NCBI GenBank assembly: GCA_904063045.1
Contig: CAJFCJ010000003.1
Location: 434,001 to 498,000 of the forward strand
Direction of reading: 5' to 3'
Source of the DNA: Dimorphilus gyrociliatus
Lineage: Eukaryota > Animalia > Annelida
Length of the DNA: 64,000 nucleotides
Both the position numbers and the translations under genes were made by a program. The notes beneath the pieces were generated by a model. It was not told where the DNA came from. It worked only from the letters and a program-made list of their open reading frames with translations, and made no database searches. Every line of letters begins with the position of its first letter. Position 1 is the stretch's first letter. This document shows positions 62,280 through 64,000 of the stretch, piece by piece.

Positions 62280-62847
62280 ATTGCATTTCCATACTCAAAT
62301 AGTAACAATAATAATCACGAAAAAAGAAAAAAGGGATCATGATAAAGATACTGAATTACAAAGATAAATGATCATGTTTTAATTCAAATACCTTCTCTAT
62401 ATATTTGTCTTTTTCTTATTCAAATCACAGTTGTGTGTATGTTCTATATAAATATTAACACTTGGCAATTATAATACTTATTCTCTCTACTAATTATAGC
62501 CTTCTAATTACGTAAATTTATTCAAATTAAATATTCAATATTTCAAGATAAAGAAATAATAAAACAAGCAAAAAATACTTTTTTTCTTTATTTCAAAAAT
62601 TTGGCACAACAAATTATTACAATTGACATCATTTCATCATCATTTTATCCTTGTTTCTTCATTCATTTTCATCCTTCTCTTCCTCTATCTTCTTCTTCTT
62701 TTTCTTTTTCTTCTAGAATAGAATGCTTGCTGATGAAAAAACAAAAAACAAATGTGTTTATATGGCTTTTTTTTGTCTCTTTTGTCTTCCTTTATCTACT
62801 CGTCCGTCTACTCATCCTCCTTCTCCTCCTCCTCTTCTTCTCCTTGT

Positions 62848-63928
62848 CTATAAAGCTAAAGGATTCGAACTTCCAACTGAAGACATGCTATCTATTTCAT
62901 CGGCTGTTATTCGACCCTTTTAATAAACGAATTATTTAAGTTTTTTAAGTAGAAACAAGTATATTTCATTAATTTTACTTGTCGAAGCATGGCAAATACA
63001 TCTGATTCATTTTTCTTTCTCTGAGCCATAATTTTCTTTGGTTTCTTCCACGAATTCCACAATCTCATTGAACAATCCCATGCTACTGTTATATACTGAT
63101 CTCTCTCTGGTACATGTATCACATCGCGAATGTTCATAATATGACCATAATTCGTTTGCATTAGACGATATTTTTCAACTTCGTATACTCTATTTAGGGG
63201 AAAATTATATTGAAATGTTGGATGTTTTAATATCAATATTAACAATGATATTAATAATAATTTACTTCATAACTTCCTCAACTCCTGCAATAATCGCACC
63301 AGTGATTTTATCTATACAGATGGCGTGAACGCTCCCACCTGCGGCCAAAATCACTTCCTGATTCATACCATCATCGGACTAATGGAAAATTTATATCAAA
63401 TATGTAATTGAAAGTAATAATTTAAAGAGAAATCCTTTACCCATATTCGAATGGTTCCATCTTCCGAAGCCGTAACCCATTTTTCTGTTTGGGGGCTCCA
63501 TCTAATACATGTTACATCCAATGTATGACCTTGCAGTGTATTTTCTAATTTCATTTTAGAACCATCAAGACTAAATTGCCTTATATAAACTAGTTTATCA
63601 GTTGAAGAGTATGCGAATAAATTCCTTTAGAAGAGTATTTCAAAAAATAAAACAAAATTAATGAAGACAAAGCTTAATCGTGGCTAATCCTTCTTACTTA
63701 CTTGGATGGGCAATAGTCTAGATCTGTAATCTCTCCATCGCTAGCAATTTCTGCCGAGTCACCTTTCTCTGCGGCAGGATCTCTAAATACTGTTTGTAGT
63801 CTATGGGGTTGATTTTTGCATTGTGTATGTTTTATTGTGATAAGGGAAAAGTGTTATATGTTGATTGGCACTTACTCTCCTTCGTTCAGATCCCAAACGC
63901 AGATTCTCTTATCCCAGCCGGCCGTAAT
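62848..63928 (-). CDS. 3' part of an unassigned WD40-repeat protein; exons 63928-63876, 63800-63702, 63624-63441, 63378-63266, 63189-62979, 62916-62848
   Basis: ITAGWDKRICVWD, LQGHTLDVTCIRWSPQTEKWVTASEDGTIRIW and YITVAWDCSMRLW. The gene continues beyond the window, and the last exon is uncertain. Confidence 0.8.
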
Positions 63929-64000
63929 CTAAAAAAAGAAGTAATGAATGAATAAATGAATGAATGAATGGTTAAAAGAATTGGAAAAGATTTCCTATTG

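Noticed and set aside
1-64000. tRNA, rRNA, CRISPR arrays, phage/defence systems, transposase or RT ORFs
   Set aside because: None recognised by eye; the window is spliced eukaryotic DNA. An Infernal/tRNAscan run would be needed to exclude small ncRNAs.

Overview
AT-rich, compact, intron-containing animal DNA. I see no prokaryotic, CRISPR, rRNA/tRNA or recognisable transposon sequence. Introns are mostly ~46-100 nt, and several genes sit head-to-head a few hundred bp apart. A spiralian/annelid origin (Dimorphilus-like compact genome) is my inference, not proven. I rebuilt 15 spliced protein genes by hand from GT-AG sites and reading frame: JTB(-), UBE2Q(+), a single-finger GATA factor(-), ATMIN/ASCIZ-like(+), RASA1/p120GAP(+), a 21-exon alpha-neurexin(-), FRG1(+), SNX8(-), GPATCH2-like(-), SDE2(+), DNPH1(+), CHP1(-), Lunapark(+), FBXL15(-) and a periphilin-like protein(+), plus a partial WD40 gene(-). 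The strongest signals: (1) The neurexin introns hide a vertebrate-like isoform system, with a signal-peptide first exon for a gamma-neurexin-like short isoform, frame-preserving cassette exons at the positions of vertebrate splice sites SS2 and SS4, and further micro-exons. (2) A homolog of the HUSH subunit periphilin carries an N-terminal RRM. (3) A CTCF/YY1-like AGRTGGCG motif is strongly over-represented and clusters around the neurexin 3' region. All splice predictions come from sequence alone and need RNA-seq confirmation. Protein family assignments are from recalled sequences, not database searches.
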